Source: Eubacteriales bacterium
Lineage (GTDB): Bacteria > Bacillota > Clostridia > Acetivibrionales > JANLFN01
Assembly: GCA_024655885.1 (NCBI GenBank)
Contig: JANLFN010000003.1
Coordinates: 30,792-94,791 of the forward strand
Direction: 5' to 3'
Length of the DNA stretch: 64,000 nt
The notes beneath the pieces are model-generated. The model saw only the letters and a program-made list of their open reading frames with translations, ran no database searches and had not been told where the DNA came from. Positions 39,341-49,063 of this stretch are shown in pieces (positions within the stretch are counted from its first letter, which is position 1; the number at the start of each line of letters is the position of its first letter). Position numbers and translations under genes: made by a program.

Positions 39341-42300
39341 TCAATGTACCGGCTGGATATAGGTCAAATCATATACATTTCCGGTAATATCAATATCATT
39401 AACGGTATATGTAGCGCTCCTGTCCCCTTTAAACGCCGTAACGGTCATTGAGTACGGTTCCCGCAGCCTCACGTCGTCCCATGATTTGGAGCTCTGCGCC
39501 AATGGCAGGGTATATTCCCACACCGCATGGTTGTCCTTTATAGCGCTGTCCAGGCTGCAGGTTGAATCTTCGGGAAACAGTACATAGTACCCGAAGTAGT
39601 CTTTCCCATAGTCATAAGTGACTCCCTTGGCATCGGTATACTGCATGGCCTCCAGTTCCGGGCTGAACCTGATGACCACCCTGTCCGCCCCGCCGGTGGT
39701 CTGAACGTCCACTTTTACGGTTTCCAGGCTTAAGAACCTGTGAGGCTCATTGGCCAGCTGCTTCCCGAACATGTCCACCTGTCCCCTCCAGTGGTTCCAG
39801 TACCCCGTCAGTGTGACTCCCGTAATGGCCAAGGTGGTTATCTTATACGGCCCCCGGTACACATAACAGCTGTTGCCGGCGTTGTCAAAGGCCTCCATGT
39901 GCAGATACCAGGTGCCGTCGGTAGATAATGTGGTGGTAAACACCTTGCTGCTTGAGCTGCTCCAGGACGCAGGCCTTGCCGTGGATTGGCTCCAGGCGTA
40001 ATTGGTATGGTTAAAGTCATTTTCCCCCTGGTCGTCGGCGGTTACCACCACGCTGACAGGCCCGCTGCCGTCATAGGTTTTAGGGTCGCAGTCCACCACG
40101 GGCGGCAGGTTTGTTGTGTCTACATTTTTTACAGCCGGGGTGCTCCAGGCCCCTTCCAGGTCCTGTACCTCAAGGCTCAGCTGATAGACCCGGCTCCTTG
40201 CAAGGTACGTGGGCAAACCCGCCGTCCAGGCCGTATCCGTGGACAGCTTGTATTTCCACTTGCTGTTGGCAATCCCCCGGTCGGTCCGGGAAAGGTGGTC
40301 CCAGTCATAGGAGGTATTCACCGTTTCCAGGATGCAGTTAGACCCGCTTACCCGCAGTGAATAAGAAAAATCCGCAATGGGCCTCCGGTGGAAATAAATC
40401 GTAACCGGCGGCGATTCCGGGCTCCACAGCCTGTAATTATCGAACCGGTTATCGTCCTTCGGGTTGTCCCGCATCCTGCACTTGACCACATACTTCCCCA
40501 CCTTGGTAAAGACGTTGACCGGGCTTGCGATCCACTGCCCCGCAAAACCGGCCACCCCGGTATTGTTTTCAAACACCGTGGGATCATGGTCGAAATACCA
40601 CTGCTGCGCATAGACCGGGTCGGCCTCGAAGTCGTCATACACCGAATTATAGTCAATTTCGTCCTCCCCAAGGATGGCGTACAGCACGTTGGAGGCACCC
40701 CCGTTGAAAGGATTTTTGTATTTGCCGGCGATCCGGCTCAACACGGCGGCCAGATTTGTATACAGGCCACCCTGGGGAGTCTTGGCCGCAAAGCTCTCCA
40801 CCGTGATGTCCTGCACCCGGGCGTTGATGTACGGGGCGTCGAACATGAGCAGATAGTCAGAGGGGTCCAGGGCCATGCACAGGGCCAGGCCGCTGTTCTT
40901 CAAGGTGTCCCCGAAGGCGCCCGTCAGGTTCCCCAGGCCGAAGTAATTGCCGTAGCCTGTATTTGCCCTTAAGCCTGTTCCATCCGACACATAGATGAAG
41001 TACCTGTCCGAGCCGGGCCGCAGGCCGGTCAGCTTGCTTGCTACGGCTGCCTGGTCCAGCCCGTAGACGGTTACCGTATCCTTTGCAGCATCAAACATGG
41101 TTAATGCCGCAGGGGTCGCCGTGTTGGTGTTGTTTATGCGGCCTGTGGCATAGATGCTGCCGTCGGGCCGCAAGGTATAAAATGCATTATTATAAATAAC
41201 ATAAGAGGTATAGTCGGATATGGGATATAACACCGGGAGCAGATTACAGGCGGAAGTATTTCCGGACATATAATAGAAGTTGCCACCCCAGAAATAAATC
41301 CTGTTATTGGCGTCAAAGGCCCATCCGCCATAGCTGTTGAGGACCACCTTTTTTATTCCGTACAGCCCCCTTGCCTTGTAAAAGGAACTATAATCATAGA
41401 TGTCCTCGTTGTTCCCCTGGCACAGCTGCCCGTAGCTGTTGTCGGTGTTGTTCAGGTAAACGGAGCCATCGGCAGTTAGAACGGACATAAAACTACCGCT
41501 GTTGGATACGCTTGCCGCATTTTGTATCCCTAAAGACGTCCATGTACCTGTAATATTGGGCTTGTTGGCGTTGTCAAGGCCTTTTCCCGCTCCAATATAG
41601 TAAGCTGTCCCGTTGACGATGGCCATTGCGGTATATACCGATACGGATATGTCGCTGACGCCGCTCAAAACAAGCCTGGGGGACGTATAAGGAGTATCGT
41701 ACATGGTGTCGTAGTCGCTGCCAAGCGGAAACAGCCCTGATATGGACTGGCGGCCATAGTAGCTCCCAAGGTAGGGCGGGCTGCCCCAATAATAGACGGC
41801 ACCACTGTTGGTCAATACGAGGAACTCCCCGCTTCCCACGCCGATTTCCTTGATGCCTGTGATGGGCACCTGCCCTATATTGCCGTTGGCATCCCGAATC
41901 CAGAGCGTTCCATCCTTTTTGAGGAATAGGAATTGGCTGGTTCCTGCTGCTAGAACTTTCCCCACATTTGTGATAGGCAGTTGCGTCATGGTGCAGCTTT
42001 CATCCGTAATCCAGGCGGTCCCGTCGCTCTTGACAAACACGGTTTGATCTAATGTACCGGCCACACTGGCCAAATGGCTGATAAGGGTGGATTTGCGGGG
42101 CTCGGAAAGGGCAGGCCAGGTTCTTTGTTGCCAATAATAATAGGGTACCATAACACTGGTGTCCCCGAGGGCTAAACTATTCTTTATATTTGTTCCATAC
42201 CCCCACACCTCCCCGTTTGATTTTGCGATGAGGATGCCGCCTTGAGTGGTAAATAATTGGGCGTCCATGCATTGGCTTGTTCCGATGGCGGTTTTGCTGC

Positions 42301-43531
42301 CGCCGTCCACTAAAGCGTACTGCAGGTCATAGCCGTTGACCGCCAGGGAGGATTTCAGGCCGTCCAGCTGGGCCTTGTCGCTGTCCAGCTTTGCCCCCGT
42401 ATGGTCTGTGGCCACGATGAGGTCAACCTTGTTATTTGCCGGCCTGGTATTGTCGCCGATAATCTCGTTGAGGGCTTTTACCGTATCGCCCTGGCTGTAA
42501 AACTTGCCGTCCTGCACGCTGCCGATGAGCTGGGCCAGGGAAAGGTCCTGCTTGTATGAAGCGCTGTTGTAGGAAAGCCGGTAGCCGCTGTCTGAAAAAT
42601 TCATGCTCCTTATGGCGCCGGGAACCACGGCGTACACATGGGCGCTGTTGGCATTGGCAAAATTCAATACATTATCCCTTCTCAAATTTCCGAAGGCATA
42701 ATAATTCCCCCAGGAGCTGGTCAGGGTTTCGGTGTCGGTTCCATCGGAGATGAGCAAAACGTATTTCTCGCTGCCGGCTCTCAGGCTGACATTGTTCAGT
42801 TTGCTGAAATCAATGGAGTTCACCGCCGGGTACTTGACCACATCCTGGTAGTTCTCTGTTTTTGTCCAGGAGGTTTCAATGCCGTAGGAGACATCGTAAA
42901 TATTGTAACGGGTCAGGTAGCCTGTGAAATTTTCCGAATAGGTGGTCACGGATATGGTTACCTGTGTGGCCGCCCGGTTATTGGGATCGAAGAAATAGTA
43001 GTTGGTCCATTCATCCCTGCCGTAATTGGTCTGCCTGACGTGATTATCGGCTTCGCACTTCCAGGTAAGGCTTTTTGAAAATCCGGGCAGGGGATTAGGG
43101 ATGTCCTGCCACACCGATTCATAATCGCCATACTCCGTAACCCACCCGGTGACATCCACTTCCTCTCCGCCTGATTTAAAGATGCTGCCTTCCCTGTAGT
43201 ATTTCACCCAGGCCCTTCTCGCATACCGGTAATTGGTGACGGTTGTGGGCTGGGTCGCCGCCGCCGTACTGCTGTTGATGATCGTGTAGTTCAGGCTGAC
43301 CCGGTTCCCCGCCGCCTCGGTTTTGGCCGCAATCAGCTTGTTCTGCAGGTCGGTCAGCTTGGTCCCGGTATAGTCGGTGAGGATCACAAGGTCCACCTTT
43401 TTCCGCAGGATGGCGTCAAAATCTGCCGTAGGGGCGATGTTTTTTACCCGGCTGTCCGCATACACATTGGTATTTGCGATGAATAATACGGCAAGTATCA
43501 CTGCCATTTGCCGTTTTATCTTTTTTATCAT
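39341..43531 (-). CDS. 1396-aa secreted multidomain protein: two vWA-like modules, RCC1-like beta-propeller repeats, C-terminal Ig/PKD-like domains
   Basis: Signal peptide MIKKIKRQMAVILAVLFIANTNVYA. Duplicated motifs VDLVILTDYTGTKL / VDLIVATDHTGAKL and GSEKYVLLISDGT...WGNYYAFGNL / GSDRYFIYVSDGT...YGNYFGLGNL. RCC1-like strings (NGEVWGYGTN, SGAVYYWGS, DNSYGQLCQGN, NRIYFWGGN). No LPXTG motif. Confidence 0.7.
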   Translation of the reverse strand: MIKKIKRQMAVILAVLFIANTNVYADSRVKNIAPTADFDAILRKKVDLVILTDYTGTKLTDLQNKLIAAKTEAAGNRVSLNYTIINSSTAAATQPTTVTNYRYARRAWVKYYREGSIFKSGGEEVDVTGWVTEYGDYESVWQDIPNPLPGFSKSLTWKCEADNHVRQTNYGRDEWTNYYFFDPNNRAATQVTISVTTYSENFTGYLTRYNIYDVSYGIETSWTKTENYQDVVKYPAVNSIDFSKLNNVSLRAGSEKYVLLISDGTDTETLTSSWGNYYAFGNLRRDNVLNFANANSAHVYAVVPGAIRSMNFSDSGYRLSYNSASYKQDLSLAQLIGSVQDGKFYSQGDTVKALNEIIGDNTRPANNKVDLIVATDHTGAKLDSDKAQLDGLKSSLAVNGYDLQYALVDGGSKTAIGTSQCMDAQLFTTQGGILIAKSNGEVWGYGTNIKNSLALGDTSVMVPYYYWQQRTWPALSEPRKSTLISHLASVAGTLDQTVFVKSDGTAWITDESCTMTQLPITNVGKVLAAGTSQFLFLKKDGTLWIRDANGNIGQVPITGIKEIGVGSGEFLVLTNSGAVYYWGSPPYLGSYYGRQSISGLFPLGSDYDTMYDTPYTSPRLVLSGVSDISVSVYTAMAIVNGTAYYIGAGKGLDNANKPNITGTWTSLGIQNAASVSNSGSFMSVLTADGSVYLNNTDNSYGQLCQGNNEDIYDYSSFYKARGLYGIKKVVLNSYGGWAFDANNRIYFWGGNFYYMSGNTSACNLLPVLYPISDYTSYVIYNNAFYTLRPDGSIYATGRINNTNTATPAALTMFDAAKDTVTVYGLDQAAVASKLTGLRPGSDRYFIYVSDGTGLRANTGYGNYFGLGNLTGAFGDTLKNSGLALCMALDPSDYLLMFDAPYINARVQDITVESFAAKTPQGGLYTNLAAVLSRIAGKYKNPFNGGASNVLYAILGEDEIDYNSVYDDFEADPVYAQQWYFDHDPTVFENNTGVAGFAGQWIASPVNVFTKVGKYVVKCRMRDNPKDDNRFDNYRLWSPESPPVTIYFHRRPIADFSYSLRVSGSNCILETVNTSYDWDHLSRTDRGIANSKWKYKLSTDTAWTAGLPTYLARSRVYQLSLEVQDLEGAWSTPAVKNVDTTNLPPVVDCDPKTYDGSGPVSVVVTADDQGENDFNHTNYAWSQSTARPASWSSSSSKVFTTTLSTDGTWYLHMEAFDNAGNSCYVYRGPYKITTLAITGVTLTGYWNHWRGQVDMFGKQLANEPHRFLSLETVKVDVQTTGGADRVVIRFSPELEAMQYTDAKGVTYDYGKDYFGYYVLFPEDSTCSLDSAIKDNHAVWEYTLPLAQSSKSWDDVRLREPYSMTVTAFKGDRSATYTVNDIDITGNVYDLTYIQPVH

Positions 43532-43563
43532 GCCATATGATTCCTCCTTGCTGCTAAAGCAGC

Positions 43564-45936
43564 TTATTTCCAGAAGCTGCTCTTTTTATAGTCCTCTGCT
43601 GTCAAAAAATCCTTGATGGTATCGCTGTCCGGAATGGTTTCTTGTACTTCTATGCCTATTCTGTAAGTGCCTACACTATAAGTTTTTATGACATCTTCCA
43701 GGTTGTTGGCACTGCTCAAGGGCACGATGGCTTCATCGGAAAAATCGCCGTCGTTGTCGCTGTCGTACATGAAGAAGTATTTCCTGCTGCCGATGGCATC
43801 CCCGTCCGGGCTGTAGGACATGTCATAGATGGGGATGTTTGCGTAATGCCCACCGGCGTCCACCTGGTCCCGGATATTCTCCGTCGGGTAAGTAAAATCC
43901 ACCACAGGGGCTAAATCGGGCCGGATATCCAGCTCGACGGCTGCACTTCCCGTATAATTGGCCGTGTTGGTCATGTAGGCTGTTATTCTGATTTTTCCCG
44001 CCTTCTTGACGATAAATTCCTTTGTGGCGGTTCCGGTTAACCCCCCAAGGTATTTGATATCCCCGGTATTGCACCCGGACACGGCGGTAAATTCCCACCG
44101 GGTCTTTGAGGGGTCGATGGGATAATGGGCCGGGCTTGTCCCCGTGCAGGTGACGGTAATCTTCCGGTTTTCCTTCAAATGGCCTATATAGGCAATTCCC
44201 ACCGTCGGTATGGGAGGCAGGACAGTGATGGCCTTGGTGGTGCTGTCACTGGCTCCCTGGTCGTCCCAGACCTCCAACTGCTGGGTATAATCGCCCTCAT
44301 TGGGGAACCACACGGAGGTGCGGTAGCCTGACCTGGAGCTGGAACCGCTCACTCCGGACAGGGACCACTCGTAGCGTTCTATGGTCCCGTCCCCGTCAAA
44401 GGATTGGGAGCCGTCCAGCCACATGTCATCCCCCGCCATAACCGTGTCGTTGGCTCTTATGATGGCGGTCGGCGGCTTGTTGGACGGGGCCGGAGGCTCG
44501 GTGCTTCCCCCGCTGTTCTCGTCCTTAACCGCCACGCTTACACTGGCGGAGCCGGTAATATAGTTCCCTTTGTCATCCTCCGCCCTGGTTACGTAGTAGG
44601 TATAGGTGCCCTTCTCTGTTCTGGTATACGTTTTAAAAAATTGGGAGGCTGTTGTAATCACCGTATCCGGAAGAAGGGTCTGGGTTTCTCCGGAATCTGC
44701 CTGGAATTCTTCCCGCACTGTCCACTTGGTTATCTTTGTGGCCGCCTGGGACGGCTTGCAGAGGTCTTTAATGGTGTAGCTCTCCCCCGGGGGCACGGTA
44801 TATTTGTCCGCATCAATCCCCAGGGTGGGAGTGCCCGGAGGGGGTGTCTGGTCAAAGAAAAAATACACATAGATGGTGGGATGGGCCTCGGACAGGGTTA
44901 CCGTCCGGTTCTTCCCCGCAGCCCCCGTCACGGTGCCGGTGTAATCAGAGCCGTTTCCCGTATAGGAAAGCTTGCTTTCCTTGAAGTCATACCCGGTGAA
45001 GGTTTTACTTAAATTAACCGGCACGCTTTTGATATTCCCGGCGGTGATGGTGCCGGAATAGACCGTGGTGTTGGAGGCAAGATTGACCTTTGTGCCGTCG
45101 GTGTTGATCCCCCAATAGCAGGCGATGGCCTGTACCTGGGTGGTGCTGGCCTTGAGGGTTGCTTGCCACTTGGCTCGTGTTGCAAAATCGCTCAGTGCGC
45201 TCCCGGACCAGTTGATATCTGTATAAAGGTTATTGAGCAAACACGGGTATGTATTGGGGTAATTGTTGGGGCTGGTATGGGGTCCTCCATCCATGCACTG
45301 GTATGTCCCTACGCACTGGCCGCTGGAATTGAACACATTGACGTTGACCCAGCCACCAAAGGTGTGCCAGCTCCCGTCCGCCTTCCCGTATTGCATAAGC
45401 AGGTTGTCCACGTCCGCCTGGTTTGGGGTATCCCCCACATCCCCGATGTCAATTAAGGGAGAAATATCCACTCCATCAATGCTTTTTACGGTAATGGACA
45501 GGGAGGCATAGGTGTAGGAGGCGTTCGGGTCCGCCGCCGTATCGTGGTGCAGGTTGAGGGTGAACCAGTCGGACTGTACCCCGTCGGCCACGGTGTAGAA
45601 GGTATAGCCTCCCGACGGCATACTCATGATGTAGCTGGCAGAAAAGGTGGCGGTATTGGACTGCGTGGTCTGGGAAAGGGCGGTGGCGCCCCCGCTGCCC
45701 GCCTTCACCCACAGGGTCACACTGGAGGCCACTGTCCCCAGGTCCTGGGTAAAATAGAGCGTAACGCTGGAGCCGGTGTAGTTTACCGTCTGGTTGGTGG
45801 ATACCGCTTGAGGCCCGCTGCCGATGTCGCAGGTTACCGAAAGGGTTGTTGCCGCATAAGCCTTCATGGGAGGCAGGAGCAGCCCCCACACCATTGCTGC
45901 AACCATAAGGAAGGCGATGATTTTGTTTTTCCGCAT
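43564..45936 (-). CDS. ~790-aa secreted protein with PKD/Ig-like repeats
   Basis: Signal peptide MRKNKIIAFLMVAAMVWGLLLPPMKAYA. PKD-like PTAIIRANDTVMAGDDMWLDGSQSFDGDGTIERYEWSL. Start at 45936 chosen for the signal peptide and G-rich RBS; the ORF runs to 45963. Confidence 0.7.
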   Translation of the reverse strand: MRKNKIIAFLMVAAMVWGLLLPPMKAYAATTLSVTCDIGSGPQAVSTNQTVNYTGSSVTLYFTQDLGTVASSVTLWVKAGSGGATALSQTTQSNTATFSASYIMSMPSGGYTFYTVADGVQSDWFTLNLHHDTAADPNASYTYASLSITVKSIDGVDISPLIDIGDVGDTPNQADVDNLLMQYGKADGSWHTFGGWVNVNVFNSSGQCVGTYQCMDGGPHTSPNNYPNTYPCLLNNLYTDINWSGSALSDFATRAKWQATLKASTTQVQAIACYWGINTDGTKVNLASNTTVYSGTITAGNIKSVPVNLSKTFTGYDFKESKLSYTGNGSDYTGTVTGAAGKNRTVTLSEAHPTIYVYFFFDQTPPPGTPTLGIDADKYTVPPGESYTIKDLCKPSQAATKITKWTVREEFQADSGETQTLLPDTVITTASQFFKTYTRTEKGTYTYYVTRAEDDKGNYITGSASVSVAVKDENSGGSTEPPAPSNKPPTAIIRANDTVMAGDDMWLDGSQSFDGDGTIERYEWSLSGVSGSSSRSGYRTSVWFPNEGDYTQQLEVWDDQGASDSTTKAITVLPPIPTVGIAYIGHLKENRKITVTCTGTSPAHYPIDPSKTRWEFTAVSGCNTGDIKYLGGLTGTATKEFIVKKAGKIRITAYMTNTANYTGSAAVELDIRPDLAPVVDFTYPTENIRDQVDAGGHYANIPIYDMSYSPDGDAIGSRKYFFMYDSDNDGDFSDEAIVPLSSANNLEDVIKTYSVGTYRIGIEVQETIPDSDTIKDFLTAEDYKKSSFWK

Positions 45937-45955
45937 GAACCGATGCCCCCCATCC

Positions 45956-46849
45956 TTAACCAATGATTACCGTTACGCCGCCCGTGCCATCCCCAAAGCC
46001 TGCCGTGGGCTGCTCATAAAAAATCAATACCTTATACTCCCCGAACATTTTTCCATACACATCTTTGCTGCTGTCATCCACGGTCACGGCCAGCTTGTAG
46101 ATTTCTTCCCCGTATTCGGGATTCAGGAGCGTAAGGCAGGTTTTCAGGTACTGGTGGAAGGTTTCGGAGGTTTCATAAGTCGTGATTGTGCCTGTATTAG
46201 GTTTTTTCAAGCTGACTGATACTCTCATCGCTTCGGTGGGCGCAGGCTTTACGTTTTTGTCCGGTAATGTCAGATAGCAAGCATAGGGAGAAGTATTCCC
46301 CGCATACGTCAGGTTGGGGATGGCATCCCAGATGGCTTTGGCTATCGGATTGTCCGGGACCAGTTTCCCCTCCTCCTGCGGCACCTGCTCCACGGTGCCG
46401 TCGCTGCGGATGATGACGGTTTTGTTCCTGCTGTCCCAGGCCACCCCGGCCCCCAGGGTTTCGCTCACAAACCTCAAAGGCACGAAGGTCCTGTCGTCTT
46501 TGATGACCGCCCTGGTGTCAAAGGTCCTTTTGGTGTCGCCGGTGCCGGTATGAACAATGGCTTCACTCCGTCCGACCACCAAGGCGATCCGCAGCTCACC
46601 CCGGGTGATGGTGACCAGCTGGGTGCCGCCGTTCCAGTCCACTTCCGCGCCCAGGGCGGTGGACACAAACCGCAGGGGGACCATGGTCCTGCCGTCCTCA
46701 TTGATGAACGGCTGCGCGTCCGGGAAGTCGATGACGGCGTTGTCCACCCTGACGGTGATTTTTGACGGCTGATCCGCTGCCGTTGCAAGGCTGCCGCCAC
46801 ACAACAGCAGGGATATGGAAAGGACAATAGAGATTAATTTTTTTAACAT
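45956..46849 (-). CDS. secreted copper-amine-oxidase-N-domain protein
   Basis: Signal peptide MLKKLISIVLSISLLLCGGSLATA. Two GRTMVPLRFVSTALGAEVDW / DRTFVPLRFVSETLGAGVAW repeats. ATG at 46849 lies 8 nt after GGAGGG. Confidence 0.7.
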   Translation of the reverse strand: MLKKLISIVLSISLLLCGGSLATAADQPSKITVRVDNAVIDFPDAQPFINEDGRTMVPLRFVSTALGAEVDWNGGTQLVTITRGELRIALVVGRSEAIVHTGTGDTKRTFDTRAVIKDDRTFVPLRFVSETLGAGVAWDSRNKTVIIRSDGTVEQVPQEEGKLVPDNPIAKAIWDAIPNLTYAGNTSPYACYLTLPDKNVKPAPTEAMRVSVSLKKPNTGTITTYETSETFHQYLKTCLTLLNPEYGEEIYKLAVTVDDSSKDVYGKMFGEYKVLIFYEQPTAGFGDGTGGVTVIIG

Positions 46850-46884
46850 TTTGACCACCCTCCACTTTTAATTTTTCTATTTTT

Positions 46885-46938
46885 TATAGCTATGGACCTG
46901 CAGAAATAAAAATTCCTATTGAGCCATGGGGGCACGCC
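46885..46938. repeat. intergenic repeat copy inside the Tad-like locus
   Basis: TATAGCTATGGACCTGCAGAAATAAAAATTCCTATTGAGCCATGGGGGCACGCC, homologous to 37220-37275. It fills most of the 108-bp gap (46850-46957) between the cpaB-like gene and the next gene. Confidence 0.75.
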
Positions 46939-46957
46939 ATAGCCGAGAACAGAACAC

Positions 46958-47704
46958 CTATTTCCACGGCAATGCCGAAACTTCCAGTCTTCCGTTGCTT
47001 TTGGCATAGGCCAGGAACTCATCCTGCTTGTCCGTCACTTCAAAGGATATGTACTTGGGCAGGGTTTCCCTGCCTGTATTCTTCAGCAGGCTGCCTTTTT
47101 CGTCGATCAGGGCGGCGATCCTTATATTGTTGAGCCGTTGAAGGCCGCCCTCCCTCAACGGGGCTACATCGCAAAAAGGGGGCTGGGCGTATGCCGCCGC
47201 CCCAATCCCCTCCTGCCCGCTCTCCTGAGCAGGGCCTTTGGAGGCCGCCTGCACCGGAGACAGCGGTTTTACCTTCTCATCCGGGACGAACAGGATGTCC
47301 ACCCTCTGTCCTGTGGCAAGCCACCATCCGTTCACCTGGTCTCCCTTGAACTCCACAGTAAAGAGCCTGTTATTTTTATCCTCCAGCTTGATTTCCTCCA
47401 TTTCGTCCGCCCCGCCGATCCTGCTGTTCAGAACCATTTCCCCTTCTTCTATGTCGGTTTTGGCTTTTTTCCCTTCCAGGTCCTTTATACTTTTCACCGA
47501 CAGCCTGTGGGCCAGGCTTACGTTAATTTTCTTTTCATAGAGCATATCCGCACTGATTTCCGTTTGTGCGGCAATCCTCTTCTTTGCGAACACAACGCTG
47601 ATTTCCGGTTCATACTTAGCCGCGCTTTTCACCACGGCTATCTCCACCCCCAGAAATGCTGCCGCCAATGCCAGGGTCACAAGGATAAGATTGATTCTTT
47701 TCAT
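46958..47704 (-). CDS. cpaB: Flp pilus assembly protein CpaB/RcpC-like (N-terminal TM plus SAF domain)
   Basis: MKRINLILVTLALAAAFLGV anchor, then a SAF-like segment (IAAQTEISADMLYEKKI...DIEEGEMVLNSRI). Tad-locus context. Confidence 0.6.
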   Translation of the reverse strand: MKRINLILVTLALAAAFLGVEIAVVKSAAKYEPEISVVFAKKRIAAQTEISADMLYEKKINVSLAHRLSVKSIKDLEGKKAKTDIEEGEMVLNSRIGGADEMEEIKLEDKNNRLFTVEFKGDQVNGWWLATGQRVDILFVPDEKVKPLSPVQAASKGPAQESGQEGIGAAAYAQPPFCDVAPLREGGLQRLNNIRIAALIDEKGSLLKNTGRETLPKYISFEVTDKQDEFLAYAKSNGRLEVSALPWK

Positions 47705-47733
47705 TTTGAGAAGCTCTCCTTCGTTTTAATCCC

Positions 47734-48285
47734 TCAATTGTTCACCGGAATATCCGAATCCACATGCACCTTCAATTCAATATATTGTTTTCCCATCAGC
47801 TCCAGTATCATCTGCCTGAGCAGGACCGGCCTTACGGGCACGGTCACGCAGCTGTGGACCGCAGGCCTCGCAAGTTTTTTTCCCTCGGGGCAGGCCAGGG
47901 GAAAACCCGCGGTATAGCAGACCAGTGAATCTATGGTAACCGTATTCTCCGCCACCGAATTTTCCCTGGGCGTAAGGTCCCGGTTCAGATTAAGGTTCCT
48001 GGCCAAAAGGTCCCTGTAAATGGCCGCAACCTCCGGGCTGTCAAAGGAAATGCTGTTTTTGCCCAGGTTCCGGGAATTGATGGCCATGTAGGTAGAGACG
48101 TTGGTCATGTCTACGGCGTCTTTAATTATCTGGCCTTTGCACAGGAGGGCATACTTTTCGAAAACCACCGAAAATACGGGTAAAAGCACAAAAACGATTA
48201 CGGCCGCAAACATGACGATGTCATGGGCCGCACTGCCCTTCTCACTCCCCAGTTTTCCCCTTTCAGTCTCCCTCATTTCCCTCAC
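47734..48285 (-). CDS. TadE-like pseudopilin candidate
   Basis: The N-terminus EKGSAAHDIVMFAAVIVFVLLPVF resembles the TadE motif (G-S-A-x-V-E-F then a hydrophobic helix). Context supports the call. Confidence 0.5.
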   Translation of the reverse strand: MREMRETERGKLGSEKGSAAHDIVMFAAVIVFVLLPVFSVVFEKYALLCKGQIIKDAVDMTNVSTYMAINSRNLGKNSISFDSPEVAAIYRDLLARNLNLNRDLTPRENSVAENTVTIDSLVCYTAGFPLACPEGKKLARPAVHSCVTVPVRPVLLRQMILELMGKQYIELKVHVDSDIPVNN

Positions 48286-48356
48286 CCCTTACAATTCCGT
48301 TTTCACACCCATCATACTCTATCCCCAAATTTGGCATGGCCTGTGCCACAGCTGCA

Positions 48357-48734
48357 CTAATTTACCACCCTTCTTGAGATTGACGTTTTATCGTATACCA
48401 TGTGCTGCACCGCATTTTCCATGGAAAACAGGCCTGTAAACCTGCTGTACACATAGTCGGCCTCCACTTTCAGGTTGAGGGCCTCTCCCTGCTTGGCGCC
48501 GGAAGAACCCGCCACCGTAATATTGGTCATGCCCCTTGCGCCCAGCCTGGTCAAAAGATCGGCCTTTCCGGCATCCGAGAGCCCGCCCTCGGTTTCCATT
48601 TCCAGCAGGGTTTTCCGGCAGTCCATATCCATTTCAATCTTTGCGGAAATGGGCAAGAACATCTCCACCATGGCGACCAGCATGGCAATGGTAAACACGA
48701 ATAAAATCCCGAAAACGATGCCCCTGTCCGGCAT
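48357..48734 (-). CDS. small N-terminally anchored protein, second pseudopilin-like candidate
   Basis: 125 aa from the ATG at 48734 (AGGAGG RBS 8 nt upstream). MPDRGIVFGILFVFTIAMLVAMVEMF hydrophobic N-terminus. The ORF track start at 48791 would overlap the pilin gene. Confidence 0.45.
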   Translation of the reverse strand: MPDRGIVFGILFVFTIAMLVAMVEMFLPISAKIEMDMDCRKTLLEMETEGGLSDAGKADLLTRLGARGMTNITVAGSSGAKQGEALNLKVEADYVYSRFTGLFSMENAVQHMVYDKTSISRRVVN

Positions 48735-48748
48735 TCCAGATCCCTCCT

Positions 48749-48979
48749 TCAGGAAGGGGGGAATATCCTGGTGGATATAGTGTTTGCCCACCAGCTGTTC
48801 AAGGCTGCAATGAGGGTGGTTACAAAGCTTCTAAGCTGGGGGATGGTGATAAAGGCAGCGATGATCAAAACCGCAGCCGTCCCTAGAATTTCATCCCGTC
48901 CGAAGCCGTCCTGCCTTTTAAGCGCGGCTTTTGCCGCTGAACCGCATTTTTTAACAAAGCCTGTCATTTTTTTTACCAT
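48749..48979 (-). CDS. flp: Flp-type prepilin candidate (76 aa)
   Basis: Basic leader MVKKMTGFVKKCGSAAKAALKRQDGFG, then RDEILGTAAVLIIAAFITIP hydrophobic helix. The size and the position after the two platform genes fit a Flp pilin. The classical G/xxxxEY motif is not conserved. Confidence 0.5.
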   Translation of the reverse strand: MVKKMTGFVKKCGSAAKAALKRQDGFGRDEILGTAAVLIIAAFITIPQLRSFVTTLIAALNSWWANTISTRIFPPS

Positions 48980-49063
48980 AGGATTCCTGCACTCCCCTTT
49001 CATTCTTTACTCTTTCAGAACCTTATCCAGGCCCATGTTTGCCTGTGCTTGCCCATGCTTGCC

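Noticed and set aside
39341-45963. Diversity-generating retroelement targeting the giant proteins
   Set aside because: There is no reverse transcriptase, and I could find no template/variable repeat pair in or near the genes.
48960-48975. A8 homopolymer at the start of the flp-like gene, and A7 at 46838-46846, as phase-variation switches
   Set aside because: The tracts simply encode Lys-rich signal or leader N-termini (MVKKM, MLKKL). The length is below typical slippage tracts, and there is no evidence of alternative frames.
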